Shown piece after piece: positions 63,491 to 64,000 of a DNA stretch of 64,000 nt (its first letter is position 1; each line of letters starts with the position of its first letter). Both the position numbers and the translations under genes were made by a program. This DNA comes from Octopus bimaculoides (taxonomy: Eukaryota): assembly GCF_001194135.2 (NCBI RefSeq), contig NC_068994.1, forward strand, positions 1,438,812 through 1,502,811, written 5' to 3'. The notes under the pieces were generated by a model that had not been told where the DNA came from, did no database searches, and was given only the letters and a program-made list of their open reading frames with translations.

Positions 63491-63771
63491 CCTGAACAGT
63501 AAAACAGTCCAGGTATAATTCTGAGACTTTTTCCTTCATAAAGTTTGCACAATATGTAAAGGTTGGCCAAAATGTCTGTTTGGTCTTTATCAACACTAAA
63601 CTTGAAGCCGTCTAATTACGTTGTTAACTTCAGTCAGTCCCTTGTGTATCTGGCAGATACTTGACACTTCAATGTAGTTTAACATGAACTGGTGACGAGA
63701 CAGGTTGTATTTTGTGCACTTGGAATAACCCTGAAATAGGAGAACCAAAACAAACCCTTTTTTGAAACCTT

Positions 63772-64000
63772 CATCATCATCATCATCATCGTTTAACGTC
63801 CGCTTTCCATGCTAGCATGGGTTGGACGATTTGACTGAGGACTGGTGAAACCGGATGGCAACACCAGGCTCCAGTCTGATTTGGCAGAGTTTCTACAGCT
63901 GGATGCCCTTCCTAACGCCAACCACTCAGAGAGTGTAGTGGGTGCTTTTACGTGTCACCTGCACGAAAACGGCCACGCTCGAAATGGTGTCTTTTATGTG
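63772..64000 (-). mobile_element. Family C RTE-tail element, well preserved, runs off the window end
   Basis: (CAT)n CGTTTAACGTCCGCTTTCCATGCTAGCATGGGTTGGACGATTTGACTGAGG...GGTGCTTTTACGTGTCACC. Confidence 0.93.

Overview
This is AT-rich, microsatellite-dense eukaryotic DNA with 12 N gaps. The repeat families resemble those I recall from octopus (coleoid cephalopod) genomes; this is an inference from memory, not a database hit. No complete protein-coding gene, rRNA, tRNA or CRISPR array can be supported, and almost all ORF-track entries are translations of simple repeats or gaps. The window reads as a large intron or gene desert. It holds several tRNA-derived SINE families, many 5'-truncated RTE LINE copies or RTE-tail elements, two mariner remnants, a possible Penelope GIY-YIG remnant and a TTAA-CCC MITE-like element. 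Short unique islands between the repeats carry regulatory-looking motifs and a few candidate exons. The most notable observations are: (1) a 314-bp insertion inside the mariner stop region, made of a 117-bp-arm hairpin plus a 66-bp tail and flanked by a 13-bp target duplication; (2) a degenerate Penelope-type minimal hammerhead ribozyme motif at about 62.3 kb; (3) a CRE next to a 20-bp M-box/AP-1-like palindrome in a promoter-like island 150 bp further on; (4) phase-compatible candidate exons at 7.15, 41.5 and 61.5 kb.
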